Positions 1-10,398 of a stretch of 64,000 bases of DNA are shown here, one piece after another (the first letter of the stretch is position 1; each line of letters begins with the position of its first letter). A model generated the notes under the pieces. The model was not told the DNA's origin. It saw only the letters and a list, made by a program, of their open reading frames with translations, and ran no database searches. The stretch lies in IMG/VR virus record IMGVR_UViG_3300030102_003270, positions 1 to 64,000 of that record. One strand, 5' to 3'. The stretch is from a virus. The position numbers and the translations under genes were made by a program.

Positions 1-1
1 G

Positions 2-319
2 TTTGAACTTCTTGCTGAGAAGTATGCAGAACCAAACGACATGAGACATCTTGATTACATTCGCAAGAAACATGGAAAGAGAAGCATAGAATTCTATGAC
101 TTATTGAACAAACAGGTAAAGGATGCCATGAAAGAAGGCGAATGGTATTCTCTATCCGATATTTCAAAGCAAGTCAAGAAGGCAAATCCGGGTCTTAAGT
201 ATGACATATCAAATCTAGAGCAGGTCATAAAGAATAGAATAGATGATTATGGTCTAAGGTCTAAAGAAGAATCTTCAGTAGGCAGAACTGGAAAGACCAA
301 GTATTACAGGAGGGATTGA
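2..319 (+). CDS. Hypothetical protein, probably truncated by the window start; possible C-terminal winged helix
   Basis: The frame is open from position 2 up to the ATG at 41; the C-terminus WYSLSDISKQVKK...KTKYYRRD has a wHTH-like pattern. Confidence 0.5.
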   Translation, partial: FELLAEKYAEPNDMRHLDYIRKKHGKRSIEFYDLLNKQVKDAMKEGEWYSLSDISKQVKKANPGLKYDISNLEQVIKNRIDDYGLRSKEESSVGRTGKTKYYRRD

Positions 320-1852
320 ATGAAGTATGGTTTTGATTTGATGACTGAAGATGAGGCACAGCAGATGGTCTATCAATACCTCAAGAGATTTGGCTATAAT
401 CCAATACAGGCTTTTCCAAAAGCAGCATTTAGAGGAAATGGGGGAACGTTGCTATACAGACTATTCAACCCAGAAAAATATCTATCATATGTCTACTATG
501 TTGAGGATGAAGGAATAAGACATCCCTTGGCTGTTCGCACAGTAGCGATTAAGGCAGACAGAATACTCCTATACATGGGTCTTGTCTCAATGCGTGACAA
601 AATGAAACATAAGCCAGAAAAGAACTCAATGAAGACTTCCGATAGAAAGGGAGGAATGACGGAACGTGGTAAATTAATGGGAAAGCCGTTCTTCAGCCAG
701 ATACAGGAATTGACTAGAAGGCTGAAGTTACCTCCAATACAATTCACCGTGAATCCAGCAAATAGAAGTCAACCAATACCAGTTGGCTATAACTTGACTG
801 CCAGTGAGGATATGACTGGAGAGACACAAAGTAAGTGGTTGAGAGCAAACTACCCGGAACTATACAAAAATGGCAAATTTAGAAGAATGGAACAACAAAT
901 ACTAGATGACCTACAATGGACACCAGAAAAGGACAAGGCATATAGAGACATATTAAAATACAGCAAAAACATCAATTTTAGCAAGTTTATGTATGAAAAC
1001 GAACCTACTAGTTTCAATAAATATATTCATGTAGCAAATGCCGTAAATTCTAAAGTAGCGGATTCCTTAGAGGCACTTGGGTTAGTGAGGTATAATGACC
1101 AGAATCTCAATAACGATAGTGAAATATTTGGTTATCTAAAAGAAATACTTGACACGGTGGAAGAAAAGGATAGAACGGGGGTCTTCATCAAAATGCCAAC
1201 ACAAATCAAGAAGTGGATGAACGTATTGAAGATATTCGATACCTTTGATGATGATGAGGATGAGGATGATGGTCTTTCACCAGATGAGAAGATAACCAGA
1301 ATAAATCCAAAATGGCAAAGAATCATGAGAGGAACAGGTGGTAGGAAGCAACCTGCAAAGGAATACTACAAGAGGCAAATGATGGTCAACCCCGATGCAG
1401 ACCCATGTTGCGACGAACTAAGAGAACATCTATACAATTTGGTAGTCATAGAAGCAGGAGACTACTTGGGATTGACCGACTATGATATTAGGAAGAAGAT
1501 AGAAGATTTGACTTGTGACCAACTAAGCAGAAGCATGGAGTCTAATAGTTTCGAGATAGTAGAAGTGGAAATAAAACCAAAGAAAATCCTAGATGAAAAG
1601 AGAAAGAGAGCATTGGGAATAAAAGAACCAACGTTGTTCGAGAATCATCAGAACTGTAAAAGACAGATAGCATCATTTACAGAAGAACTACAAGAAGACG
1701 TAGAAAATCCCCTTGGTGCAGGTAATGTGCCAGACCCGGAAGAAATGACCAGAAACGAAAGGTTGAGAGAAAGGTTCCGAGATTACAGGGAAACAGTAGA
1801 AGGAAAGAAAGTAGAAAGATTCGGTTTTGAACAGGAGGAAGATGATTTATGA
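320..1852 (+). CDS. Hypothetical protein with a C-terminal CC...C...C domain
   Basis: 510-aa ORF with GGAGG upstream; PCCDELRE...LTCDQL...HQNCK resembles the 9959 protein. Confidence 0.75.
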   Translation: MKYGFDLMTEDEAQQMVYQYLKRFGYNPIQAFPKAAFRGNGGTLLYRLFNPEKYLSYVYYVEDEGIRHPLAVRTVAIKADRILLYMGLVSMRDKMKHKPEKNSMKTSDRKGGMTERGKLMGKPFFSQIQELTRRLKLPPIQFTVNPANRSQPIPVGYNLTASEDMTGETQSKWLRANYPELYKNGKFRRMEQQILDDLQWTPEKDKAYRDILKYSKNINFSKFMYENEPTSFNKYIHVANAVNSKVADSLEALGLVRYNDQNLNNDSEIFGYLKEILDTVEEKDRTGVFIKMPTQIKKWMNVLKIFDTFDDDEDEDDGLSPDEKITRINPKWQRIMRGTGGRKQPAKEYYKRQMMVNPDADPCCDELREHLYNLVVIEAGDYLGLTDYDIRKKIEDLTCDQLSRSMESNSFEIVEVEIKPKKILDEKRKRALGIKEPTLFENHQNCKRQIASFTEELQEDVENPLGAGNVPDPEEMTRNERLRERFRDYRETVEGKKVERFGFEQEEDDL

Positions 1853-2145
1853 GTTGGAGAGATATATTGAAAGATGCAAGCGCAGTGAAAGAGTTGGAAG
1901 ACATGATGAGCAAACCCATGCCAAGTTATCAAGGGTTGAAAGCGACCCTTGTAAACATACAAAGGAATTACCCTATGATATTCTCAGCAAATGAGAATGT
2001 CGCTGATATGAATCAAATGGTTCAGCAGATGATAGATGAGGCAGAAGCACACTATCGGGTAACTAGGCAATTAGGGGTTAAGAAACTAGAGGAACAACTT
2101 CGCAGCGTTTCTGATTCAATCAACAGATTACAAGAATTGGAGTGA
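1849..2145 (+). CDS. Small helical protein with the N-terminal W-x-x-I-L-K tag
   Basis: Starts MSWRDILKD; ATGA overlap with the upstream gene; GGAGG RBS. Confidence 0.8.
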   Translation: MSWRDILKDASAVKELEDMMSKPMPSYQGLKATLVNIQRNYPMIFSANENVADMNQMVQQMIDEAEAHYRVTRQLGVKKLEEQLRSVSDSINRLQELE

Positions 2146-2150
2146 TTGGA

Positions 2151-2309
2151 ATGAAATGGTGGTCTGTTCTCAAAGAGGGCGGAGCAGTTGTATTTGGTGG
2201 TCATGGTGCTAATCCATTGATGAACATAGTTTATGGTAGCAAAATGAATAGGAAGAACCTCAATCAAGAGGAAGATGATGAGGAGGAAGACGAGATTGCC
2301 AAAGACTAA
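2151..2309 (+). CDS. 52-aa tagged protein absent from the ORF track
   Basis: Manual translation MKWWSVLKEGGAVVFGGHGANPLMNIVYGSKMNRKNLNQEEDDEEEDEIAKD*; GGAGTGA RBS; fills the gap between genes. Confidence 0.75.
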   Translation: MKWWSVLKEGGAVVFGGHGANPLMNIVYGSKMNRKNLNQEEDDEEEDEIAKD

Positions 2310-3453
2310 GAAATCCAAAAGGACAGTTAGAATAACTAATTCTGATGGTGAAGAGGTAGTAGTCACACAAACCTTCGATGTAGAACAATTCAGAACAGTC
2401 TACAAGAAATGGAAATCAGAATGTCAAGGTATGTCGTCCAAGGAAATGGGAATAAAAGGGGGAGAGAATCTTTTCAAGGTTATCTCAAATCATGGATTAC
2501 CAGCAGCGCAACGTCCACAAGCAAAGAATCCAGTTAGCGAAGAAGAAGGCATAGGGAAATTGCTTAGGGAGATAGATGATTTGGTTGAAGGACCGTCTTT
2601 AATCACTGAGTCATTCAAAGACGACGTTATGGATGCAAAACAGAAACTAGAAGACATTCAAGGAACTGATGCTGACCCAAGAAACATACCATTCACAGTT
2701 CCAATTTATAGGCGAGTCAATAAGAAAACTGCTGCCTATGACAAGGAAAAGCACACAAAAAGATTCTATGGGCATTACAGGACTCCCGATTATTTCAAGT
2801 TTAGAAATCTAAAGGCTAAGGTATTCGATACAAAGAAGTTTGAGGAAACAATTGACCCAGTAGATAGCAGTTACTACAAGACCAAGAAGAACGAATCAAA
2901 GCCTCCAATGTGGCAAGCATTATTTTCAACGGAGGGAGATTCTGGCAAAGATATCAAAGTGGGATTGCTTTCTGTATTGGAAATGGCAGAAGACATGATT
3001 GATGATGTAGAGATAGAGCATGTAAAACTGAGATTGAGAGGTGTTGCCAAAGGAGGTCTTGCCAAGGAACTGTTTGAGATATCCGACATAAAGGAAACCA
3101 TATTGAATCTACTAGGAACAACAACTCAACTAGGTCAAGGGGTAAATCCAAAGACAGGCAATATTAGAGATGACCAAATTGCTAGATTGTTTAGGGATAG
3201 ACTTTCCTTTACTGCTACTCCTAGTGAGTCTAATCAAATAAAAGATGTCTATGGAATTGATGAGGAGATAGTAGGGAAGGTCAAGGGTTATTCCCTTGAC
3301 ATAACTAGAGGCATAGTTAAGAGTCTATTCTTAGAAACGGGTAAAGTAGCAAGAAGGTCTGCAAAGGGACCAGTCTATCTCAAAGGCTATACCCCTCCTA
3401 GTGAGAAGAAGAAAGAAGTAAAGAAATCGTGGAGGGAAATGATAGCATGGTAA
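2275..3453 (+). CDS. Hypothetical protein (true start may be TTG at 2296)
   Basis: 392-aa ORF; ends KKSWREMIAW, a tag-like motif at the C-terminus. Confidence 0.75.
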   Translation: MMRRKTRLPKTKKSKRTVRITNSDGEEVVVTQTFDVEQFRTVYKKWKSECQGMSSKEMGIKGGENLFKVISNHGLPAAQRPQAKNPVSEEEGIGKLLREIDDLVEGPSLITESFKDDVMDAKQKLEDIQGTDADPRNIPFTVPIYRRVNKKTAAYDKEKHTKRFYGHYRTPDYFKFRNLKAKVFDTKKFEETIDPVDSSYYKTKKNESKPPMWQALFSTEGDSGKDIKVGLLSVLEMAEDMIDDVEIEHVKLRLRGVAKGGLAKELFEISDIKETILNLLGTTTQLGQGVNPKTGNIRDDQIARLFRDRLSFTATPSESNQIKDVYGIDEEIVGKVKGYSLDITRGIVKSLFLETGKVARRSAKGPVYLKGYTPPSEKKKEVKKSWREMIAW

Positions 3454-4103
3454 CTAGAAGAAGATGTAAGTTATGCAATCATGAGAACCGTGATGCCTTA
3501 GAAGCACAATTGGAAACAATGAACATAGCACCCGATGACTTGGATAAGATGGAAGGATGGCCTAGTGGAACCACATCTAAACACATGAGAAACCACATGG
3601 GGGATTATCATGATGCTTCAAATCCACGTTGTAAAATATGCACACATGAATTAAGACCCCTTATAGAAGAACAACTAGGTCAAGGCCATATTACCCCTAA
3701 TGCAGTGGCAAAAATGGTAGATTGCACCGAAGAACAAGTTAAGAGACATATGACAAAACATCTTCAACCACTCGTTCAAAAATCAGCAGCAAATATTATA
3801 GCGATGAGAGAGGTAGACGAGATTGAGTCTCTATCTAGGAACATATCAAGACTGGAACAAAAAATAGACATATTATTCGACCAAGAAGATATGAATCCTA
3901 AATATGTAGATAGTTTGACTAAGATGGCAAAAGAAATAAGAGAGAGTCTTAGATATCTTATGGAGTTCAAAGGTAAACTTATACATAAAAGACAAGATAC
4001 AGTTATTGTTACACAAATGCAGATTGTTAAAGAAGTATTAGCGCAGAATCACCCTCAAGTATGGTTAGATGTTAAATCAAAGATGGAGGAGAAGTTACAA
4101 TGA
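3447..4103 (+). CDS. Putative terminase small subunit with tandem Zn-binding HTH repeats
   Basis: Two repeats of CxxCxH...HMxxH (CKLCNH...KHMRNH, CKICTH...RHMTKH) followed by a coiled coil; upstream of TerL; the ATG at 3447 follows GGAGG. Confidence 0.55.
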   Translation: MVTRRRCKLCNHENRDALEAQLETMNIAPDDLDKMEGWPSGTTSKHMRNHMGDYHDASNPRCKICTHELRPLIEEQLGQGHITPNAVAKMVDCTEEQVKRHMTKHLQPLVQKSAANIIAMREVDEIESLSRNISRLEQKIDILFDQEDMNPKYVDSLTKMAKEIRESLRYLMEFKGKLIHKRQDTVIVTQMQIVKEVLAQNHPQVWLDVKSKMEEKLQ

Positions 4104-4177
4104 GGCCAGAATCAACATGTCAAATGTTCATGAGTTTCCTAGCGGAAATGTTTGAAGAAATGGAGAAGGTAGAATGA
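4100..4177 (+). CDS. Possible 25-aa micro-ORF
   Basis: MRPESTCQMFMSFLAEMFEEMEKVE*; ATGA overlaps at both ends; GGAGGAG upstream. Confidence 0.4.
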   Translation: MRPESTCQMFMSFLAEMFEEMEKVE

Positions 4178-4347
4178 GTTGGAAAAAACTGTTGAAGCAA
4201 GATGAGGGTCTTGGTGATACCATAGAAAGGATAACCACCAAGACAGGAATAAAGAAAGCCGTTGATTATGTTTCTGAGAAAACTGGTCGTGATTGCGGTT
4301 GTCAAGCAAGAAAAGAAATGCTTAATAAAAAATTCAAGTATAATTGA
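4174..4347 (+). CDS. 57-aa tagged protein with a GLGD...CGC..R..LN motif, absent from the ORF track
   Basis: Manual translation MSWKKLLKQDEGLGDTIERITTKTGIKKAVDYVSEKTGRDCGCQARKEMLNKKFKYN*. Confidence 0.8.
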   Translation: MSWKKLLKQDEGLGDTIERITTKTGIKKAVDYVSEKTGRDCGCQARKEMLNKKFKYN

Positions 4348-4359
4348 GGTGATTGAATG
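4345..4359 (+). promoter_or_regulatory. Stop/Shine-Dalgarno/start cassette TGAGGTGATTGAATG, identical at 26279 and 53487
   Basis: GAGGTGA is complementary to the archaeal 16S 3' end; the same 15-mer occurs at three gene junctions. Confidence 0.7.
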
Positions 4360-5271
4360 AAGTGGTTTGATATTGTAAAGGCTCCTCCACCAATGACATT
4401 TAGAGGAACTACTTGGAAATTCTTCGCACCCGGAGACATACCATACCTAGAAGATTTGATTATGGCTAAGGATGCTCCTTGGGAAGAACTATGGCCTACT
4501 GTATCTAGAAAGATATTTTTCGAGAAAGACCAAACTTTCACACCTAAACTAAAAGGAAAGGGTGTAGGATTTTGGGCTATAATGAATATAACCAACGGAG
4601 AATTAGTAGGTGAGGGTTGGGAGATGATGAGGACTAGAGATACATTGAATCGAGATGACCCCGAATCAGTTACAGAAGTGCAATGGGGAATGGGAATGAA
4701 TTCCTTGCAACTAACTCCAAATCAGATAGGAGTAGAGGTAATCAAATACGGGGCAATACCAAAGGTGGAAGTAACCATACCACCGGAAAGTAATCTTCTT
4801 TCAAGGATTGGAGAAGAATACATGAAGGATAAGTTTGAAACCAATCCCGGTAATTATCAACTAAACAACGGGGAGGCAGCAGCACTAGCAATTCTAGGTA
4901 TATTTGCAGAACAAAGAAAACCTAGAGAACGTAAGAATAGAATAAGACTGTTCGATGAATTCCGTATAGGGCCGTTGAAGAAAGAAAGCAACAGCAAGTA
5001 CCTAAGAGGATTAGAGCAGAAGGGTCTTGTTGACTATGGCTCAATGAGAGATGACATTTCTCCTAGCAATAGGGGCTATCCAAGAATAACCAACGAAGGT
5101 TATAGGGAAGCAACAATGCAGGTTGATATGCCTAGAGCAGTTTTCTTTAGCGAGGAAATGGAAGAGGGACCAAGAGGGGAAATGATTCCCTATGGTTTCA
5201 AAGCGAAAGTATTGAAACAACCCGATGCTCCATATATGGGGTATGAAGGCGGTGCATTGGCTGAAGGATAG
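4357..5271 (+). CDS. Tagged hypothetical protein with a possible C-terminal winged helix
   Basis: Starts MKWFDIVKA; GAGGTGA RBS; LNNGEAAALAIL...LRGLEQKGLVDY...ITNEG is wHTH-like. Confidence 0.75.
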   Translation: MKWFDIVKAPPPMTFRGTTWKFFAPGDIPYLEDLIMAKDAPWEELWPTVSRKIFFEKDQTFTPKLKGKGVGFWAIMNITNGELVGEGWEMMRTRDTLNRDDPESVTEVQWGMGMNSLQLTPNQIGVEVIKYGAIPKVEVTIPPESNLLSRIGEEYMKDKFETNPGNYQLNNGEAAALAILGIFAEQRKPRERKNRIRLFDEFRIGPLKKESNSKYLRGLEQKGLVDYGSMRDDISPSNRGYPRITNEGYREATMQVDMPRAVFFSEEMEEGPRGEMIPYGFKAKVLKQPDAPYMGYEGGALAEG

Positions 5272-5277
5272 ATTTAG

Positions 5278-7227
5278 ATGTGGCTAGACGTATTGAAGGC
5301 TTTACCTCAAAAGGAAGCAATAGAACCAATGCTTAGTGATGACAAGGGATTGTCTTCTATAATTGGCATGGCTAAACTACCCGATAAGAAAGGTCTGAAG
5401 AATGCGGTTGATGAGACAAAGAGGCTATCTGAAGGAAACGTTAGCACCAACTATAACAAGGAAGATAGAGACAAGATAATAGAGAATGCCGAGAAAGCAT
5501 ACAAAGCACTCAAGGAAATCCTAGATGAATATAGAAAAGAGCAACAGCCCGGTAAAATGGCTGGAAGAATAAAGGAAACTTTGAAGGACATATTAGAAGA
5601 AGAAGACATGGATAGATTCAAAGAATTTATTGGCACAACAGAAATACGCCGACAAAGAAACTCTAGAGAGAAAATAAAAGCAGTCAAAGAACTAGAAGAC
5701 GATGTTAAGAACTTCATCAACGAGAACAAGAAAGACTTCTATTGGGTAGATACCTCTAGCAGAAAACTATTGACTGTTGACGAACCGCCCGAATACATAG
5801 AGGGAGAAATTAAACAAGAAGAGATTGATGGCAGAAAAATCTTCGTTACTGACTTGCCAGATAGAATGAGTGTAGATGACTACAAGAAGACATCAGCATG
5901 GTTCATGGAAGGAAAGAAAAAGAAACCTCTAGGCTACAAGACAGAAGGCCGAGTTCAGTTAGCACCTTTAGTTGCTATATTTGGCTTGTTAACCAGTAGG
6001 GCAGCAGAAGAAGCCACTGACCCATTTACCAATAAGAGATTCACAGTTAACGTTAACACTGGAGAAGACGCAGTAAAATACCTATCATTGCTTACAAAAC
6101 CAAGGTGGAGGAGGTCTTCTGAGTTCATGCCTAAACCTAATCTAAAAAGTTCTGGTGCCACTGTCGCTGCAAGAAAGGCATTGCTAATGCCACAAGGAAA
6201 GGTATTGATTCCTTCTGCATTGAGAGCAATACTAATCAATCCGTCATTAGACATAAACGCCTTGATGGAAGAAGGGGTAAAGCAAACCAAGGAGAAGATA
6301 GTTCCTAATTTTGTTAGAATGGTTCTGATGGGAGAAGAAGACTTTGACTTAGAGGAACAAGGAATAAACCCATCTGACTTTAGAGAATTGCAGAAATTGT
6401 TTACAGGAGCATCCAAAGGAAGAATGTCCGAGTTCGTTAGAAGAGTGAACAGAAAGGGAGGTAGTCTCAAGTCCACCTTGGACACTATAATAGAATTCTA
6501 TGTTGATAAGCAGAATATGTTCAGCGAGGAAGAAGCACAGAAACTTGAGGAAATAAAAGATAGGATGGACGAATACGATACTCAATCAGAACATAAACAG
6601 GCTTTGGAGCAGATATATGAAAACATACCAGATTCCTTGGCAGACTCAATGTATGATTTGATGGACGAGGCAGAAGAAAAGGGAGTATCGTTGTTCAATA
6701 AGGTAGGAGAGTTCTACAAACTCAAAGTAACAGGTTTAGACAAGGAAACAACAGATAGGTTGAACCGTGACTTTAGGGCTTTGAGAATGGACTCAGAAAA
6801 AGTTTCTATTAGCGTAGAGGATAGTTCTTGGAGCAAGATAGAAGAAGAATATGACGAAGAGTATGACCTATCATCAACAGCAGGTCTTAACGTTCTAGAC
6901 ATATTCCACATAATTGCGCTTCTCGATTGGTATTATGGTCAAACAGACTTGTATGAAAAGATACAAGATTGGCTTAATCCAGATGAGTATGAAGAAGAGG
7001 ATGTTCTATTTGATGAGGTAAAAGCAGCAGCAATACAGAACTTCGGGGATATAGTAAATTCATTCATAGAGGCAGTAAAGCAAAGAGTCGAAGATATAGT
7101 TACTAGGCCAAAGACATATCAAGACAAATTAGTGTATACAGAAAAGAGAAAAGATGGTTCTGCCACTAAAGCAACAAAGATGATTAGAGACTTACAAGAA
7201 GCAGGGGTAGTGTCGGTGGTGCAATGA
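5278..7227 (+). CDS. Large tagged acidic helical protein
   Basis: 649 aa; starts MWLDVLKA. Confidence 0.8.
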   Translation: MWLDVLKALPQKEAIEPMLSDDKGLSSIIGMAKLPDKKGLKNAVDETKRLSEGNVSTNYNKEDRDKIIENAEKAYKALKEILDEYRKEQQPGKMAGRIKETLKDILEEEDMDRFKEFIGTTEIRRQRNSREKIKAVKELEDDVKNFINENKKDFYWVDTSSRKLLTVDEPPEYIEGEIKQEEIDGRKIFVTDLPDRMSVDDYKKTSAWFMEGKKKKPLGYKTEGRVQLAPLVAIFGLLTSRAAEEATDPFTNKRFTVNVNTGEDAVKYLSLLTKPRWRRSSEFMPKPNLKSSGATVAARKALLMPQGKVLIPSALRAILINPSLDINALMEEGVKQTKEKIVPNFVRMVLMGEEDFDLEEQGINPSDFRELQKLFTGASKGRMSEFVRRVNRKGGSLKSTLDTIIEFYVDKQNMFSEEEAQKLEEIKDRMDEYDTQSEHKQALEQIYENIPDSLADSMYDLMDEAEEKGVSLFNKVGEFYKLKVTGLDKETTDRLNRDFRALRMDSEKVSISVEDSSWSKIEEEYDEEYDLSSTAGLNVLDIFHIIALLDWYYGQTDLYEKIQDWLNPDEYEEEDVLFDEVKAAAIQNFGDIVNSFIEAVKQRVEDIVTRPKTYQDKLVYTEKRKDGSATKATKMIRDLQEAGVVSVVQ

Positions 7228-9668
7228 AGATAGTTCAAGATTACATCACAATGTCACTTCGCCCATTTAGAAGGCAATATGGGGATGAGGCCAAGAACTT
7301 CCGTAGAAATCTTCCTAATCTTGATTTTAGTCTGAGTCATATACCTCAAGAAGTAAAGGACTCAAAGACCAAGGATAGTTACAGGAAGATATTGTTAGAC
7401 AAGGGATTCAACTCCGAATACATTGACAAGTTTATGTCTAGCATAAGTGATGATTTGGAACAGGCAAAGGAGTCTTCTCTAGATTCTCTAGGTGTGTATT
7501 TTAGACACAAAGGAGAGAAGTTGAAAATAAAGGATTTGAAGTCTGGCATAAGACTAGAAAACATCACTAGGAACAAAGGCTACAAGGATGAAGAGATACT
7601 TGGAGTCATAGACCAACTAAAGAACATAAACCCTAACTTTAGGTCTGCACTAGCAGTTCTAGAAACAAAGGTATCATCGAAGATAGACAATGCAGATAAA
7701 ATGTCTATTGATTTTGAGGATGTCTTTGGAGAAATGGACATGCGACTACTGAATTCAAGGAAGAAGGTCTATGATTACTTCAAGAAGAAACATTCTGTAT
7801 ATTCTGATATGAAGAAGAAGATAAAATACATCATGCTATCTTGGGATAGGATTGTAGAAAACATAGAAACTGGTGAACTGAATTTAAAGACTGATGATTT
7901 CATAGTAGAGGATTTGAATGATGACTTAGAAACACTATTCAAACTATACAAAGAAATGGACGGAATGAATTACATTGTGAAACTATCTCCTGTCAAGATA
8001 CCCACATACCCAGACACAGATAGTGGTTCTTCTCTTGCTGCTTCAAATATCATGTATAATTACTTGAAGCACATACTAGACGAAAAAGACACATCATACA
8101 GTGAAAACGTTTCCACTGAAAGCGAAGACGAAAGGATGGCTAGGAGACAACAACAAGAAGGGGATGAAGAGGATTTCAATAGGAGATTCATGTCTGGATA
8201 TGGAAGCGAGGAAGAAGGCACTCTAGCAGCAGAAATAGACCTACAACCAATGTCTTCAGAAGAATTGAAGGAAAAGGAATGGAGCATGAACATAGACAAA
8301 TTGACTCTAATTGAAGAAGTGGACCCACTTTATGCAATAGCAGCAGACAAGGGAATACTTAGACAGGCACATACCAAGAACTCAAGGGATAGAATGGCTA
8401 ATGATATCAGAATAATAATTCAAGGAGTAGAGCAGGATAACCCAACAATGGTAGGTGTTTTCAATGAACTACTAGAAGATTTAGAGGAACTACAAGACCA
8501 AGCATCTGATATAGATAGGGAGGTTTACTTCGTTCCTTTGACACCTAGCGTATCTAAACTATACGACAGATATTATTCGGGTGAACCGTTAGACTATGAT
8601 AAGATAGAAACCTTCCATGTCAAGATGATTAAGGCGATATCAGAAATAATAGAACTACCGGAGGATAGAACCCTACTGCCCTATCATTGGCTTCAAGAAG
8701 ACTATGGAATAACTGGTAGCCAAAGTGAGAGGGAAGAAAAGGCCAAACAAACAACGGCCTTTCAATCCACTTCATTGGGTAGAAGTGGAAAATTGAAAGA
8801 CTTAGGTAAATTCACAGATGCAATCATGGAATTATTAGAATTAGCCGAGGAATACTACGTTGACCCAATAACAGACAACATGTTGCGATTCGATTCACTA
8901 CCTAAGTATCTAGATAGGAAAGCATCATCAGCACTAACAACTCATGGGAAGAACGAAGTAGCACAACTGCTACAAGCAGCGTATATATCAGAATACACTG
9001 CCTTCATCAGCAATGCTGATTTGGAAGACATAAATGAATACAGAAGAATACTTAGGGCAACTCCATCAGAAAAAGGATTCAAGAAAACAATAGCAAAAGT
9101 GGAAAGGGTGTTGGATATACTCAGCGACTTATTTCCAAAGGACAGGGAGAAGGACAGAACATACTTTGCCAATAGGCTAAGAAACATGTCCAGTAAGAAT
9201 AGTAACATAAATTTGGAAAACTACTACCTAGATGGGAAGAAGATATCTGAATTGACAAGCAAAGAGGACGTTGCAGGTAACTATGGTAAACTCATAGCAA
9301 TGATATACTCAGTCTCCTCCGAGATGAAGAAGGATAAAACTAAGGAGGATTCTATTGCAGAATTCAAGGAACTACATGATGACTTCAACAAGCGAACAAA
9401 ACTAGCAGGTCCACAGGGGCAATTGTTGGATGCTCATGACGCAATAAGAAAGATGATGAATAAGCCCACATACTATGGAATATGTGATGTCGAATCCTAT
9501 GATAGTGTAAATGATACTATTGATTTGATGAAATCAGAATATGGTATTCAATTGACAGCACATGATATAACAAACATAGTAGAAGAGATAGATAGTCTAG
9601 AGTCGCTTGCTAAGAAACATGGAACAAATGAAGATGTTATCTATCATGTAAAGGCAATGTATAGGTGA
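7224..9668 (+). CDS. Large hypothetical protein with a possible C-terminal HTH
   Basis: 814-aa ORF with ATGA overlap; ends SLESLAKKHGTNEDVIYHVKAMYR. Confidence 0.75.
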   Translation: MKIVQDYITMSLRPFRRQYGDEAKNFRRNLPNLDFSLSHIPQEVKDSKTKDSYRKILLDKGFNSEYIDKFMSSISDDLEQAKESSLDSLGVYFRHKGEKLKIKDLKSGIRLENITRNKGYKDEEILGVIDQLKNINPNFRSALAVLETKVSSKIDNADKMSIDFEDVFGEMDMRLLNSRKKVYDYFKKKHSVYSDMKKKIKYIMLSWDRIVENIETGELNLKTDDFIVEDLNDDLETLFKLYKEMDGMNYIVKLSPVKIPTYPDTDSGSSLAASNIMYNYLKHILDEKDTSYSENVSTESEDERMARRQQQEGDEEDFNRRFMSGYGSEEEGTLAAEIDLQPMSSEELKEKEWSMNIDKLTLIEEVDPLYAIAADKGILRQAHTKNSRDRMANDIRIIIQGVEQDNPTMVGVFNELLEDLEELQDQASDIDREVYFVPLTPSVSKLYDRYYSGEPLDYDKIETFHVKMIKAISEIIELPEDRTLLPYHWLQEDYGITGSQSEREEKAKQTTAFQSTSLGRSGKLKDLGKFTDAIMELLELAEEYYVDPITDNMLRFDSLPKYLDRKASSALTTHGKNEVAQLLQAAYISEYTAFISNADLEDINEYRRILRATPSEKGFKKTIAKVERVLDILSDLFPKDREKDRTYFANRLRNMSSKNSNINLENYYLDGKKISELTSKEDVAGNYGKLIAMIYSVSSEMKKDKTKEDSIAEFKELHDDFNKRTKLAGPQGQLLDAHDAIRKMMNKPTYYGICDVESYDSVNDTIDLMKSEYGIQLTAHDITNIVEEIDSLESLAKKHGTNEDVIYHVKAMYR

Positions 9669-9672
9669 TAAA

Positions 9673-9957
9673 ATGAAATTAAGGCATAAGATGATAAGCA
9701 AGGCAATTGCTTTGATGGGTCATGTCTATGTCTACTTAGATAGTAAGATGCCTCCAGAAACAGGACCAATTCTAGGATTAGAGATAGACAGTGATTTTGA
9801 GAAAATGACAAGAAGGGAACTATGTAACCACATAGAAAACAAATTTGGGTTGGAGAAAGATACTTTTTGGTATTTGCAATCAACACAGAAAATAAGATAC
9901 TGCTGCCAGAAAGCAAGAGAGTTGATGAAACCGAGTAAAATGAACAGGGGATATTGA
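9673..9957 (+). CDS. Hypothetical protein
   Basis: 94 aa; AGGTGA RBS. Confidence 0.7.
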   Translation: MKLRHKMISKAIALMGHVYVYLDSKMPPETGPILGLEIDSDFEKMTRRELCNHIENKFGLEKDTFWYLQSTQKIRYCCQKARELMKPSKMNRGY

Positions 9958-9958
9958 T

Positions 9959-10387
9959 ATGAGTTGGTTTAAAATCATAAAAGAAGATGATTATGATGAA
10001 GCGAGAAGAATATTGAACAGGCCAATGGAAGTAGAAGATTGGATGAAAAGAACGATGAAACCGCATACTCAACATAGGAACTGTTGTGAATATACACAGG
10101 AGAAATTCAAGTTAATGCCCAATTACAGAAATGTGCATGAAGATATTCAAGAATTCATCATGGGTATAAATTGCAAGAACAACGAAGAATCAGATACTCT
10201 ACTACTACTTTTGGAAAACATAGATGAGGATGGTATGGAACTGATGAATGATGCTATGATAGAAGAGGGTTTGACTCCTCCAAGCATAAGTGAGTTAGAT
10301 GCTAATGTCAAAGCAATGAGAGAACTTCTAAAATTCTGGCAGACCTGTGAGGCAGAATCCACAGACAAAAGAGGAGTTCCACAGTAG
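9959..10387 (+). CDS. Tagged protein with a CC...C...WxxC domain
   Basis: Starts MSWFKIIKE; NCCEYTQE...INCK...WQTCE. Confidence 0.75.
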   Translation: MSWFKIIKEDDYDEARRILNRPMEVEDWMKRTMKPHTQHRNCCEYTQEKFKLMPNYRNVHEDIQEFIMGINCKNNEESDTLLLLLENIDEDGMELMNDAMIEEGLTPPSISELDANVKAMRELLKFWQTCEAESTDKRGVPQ

Positions 10388-10398
10388 GAGAGAGATTA

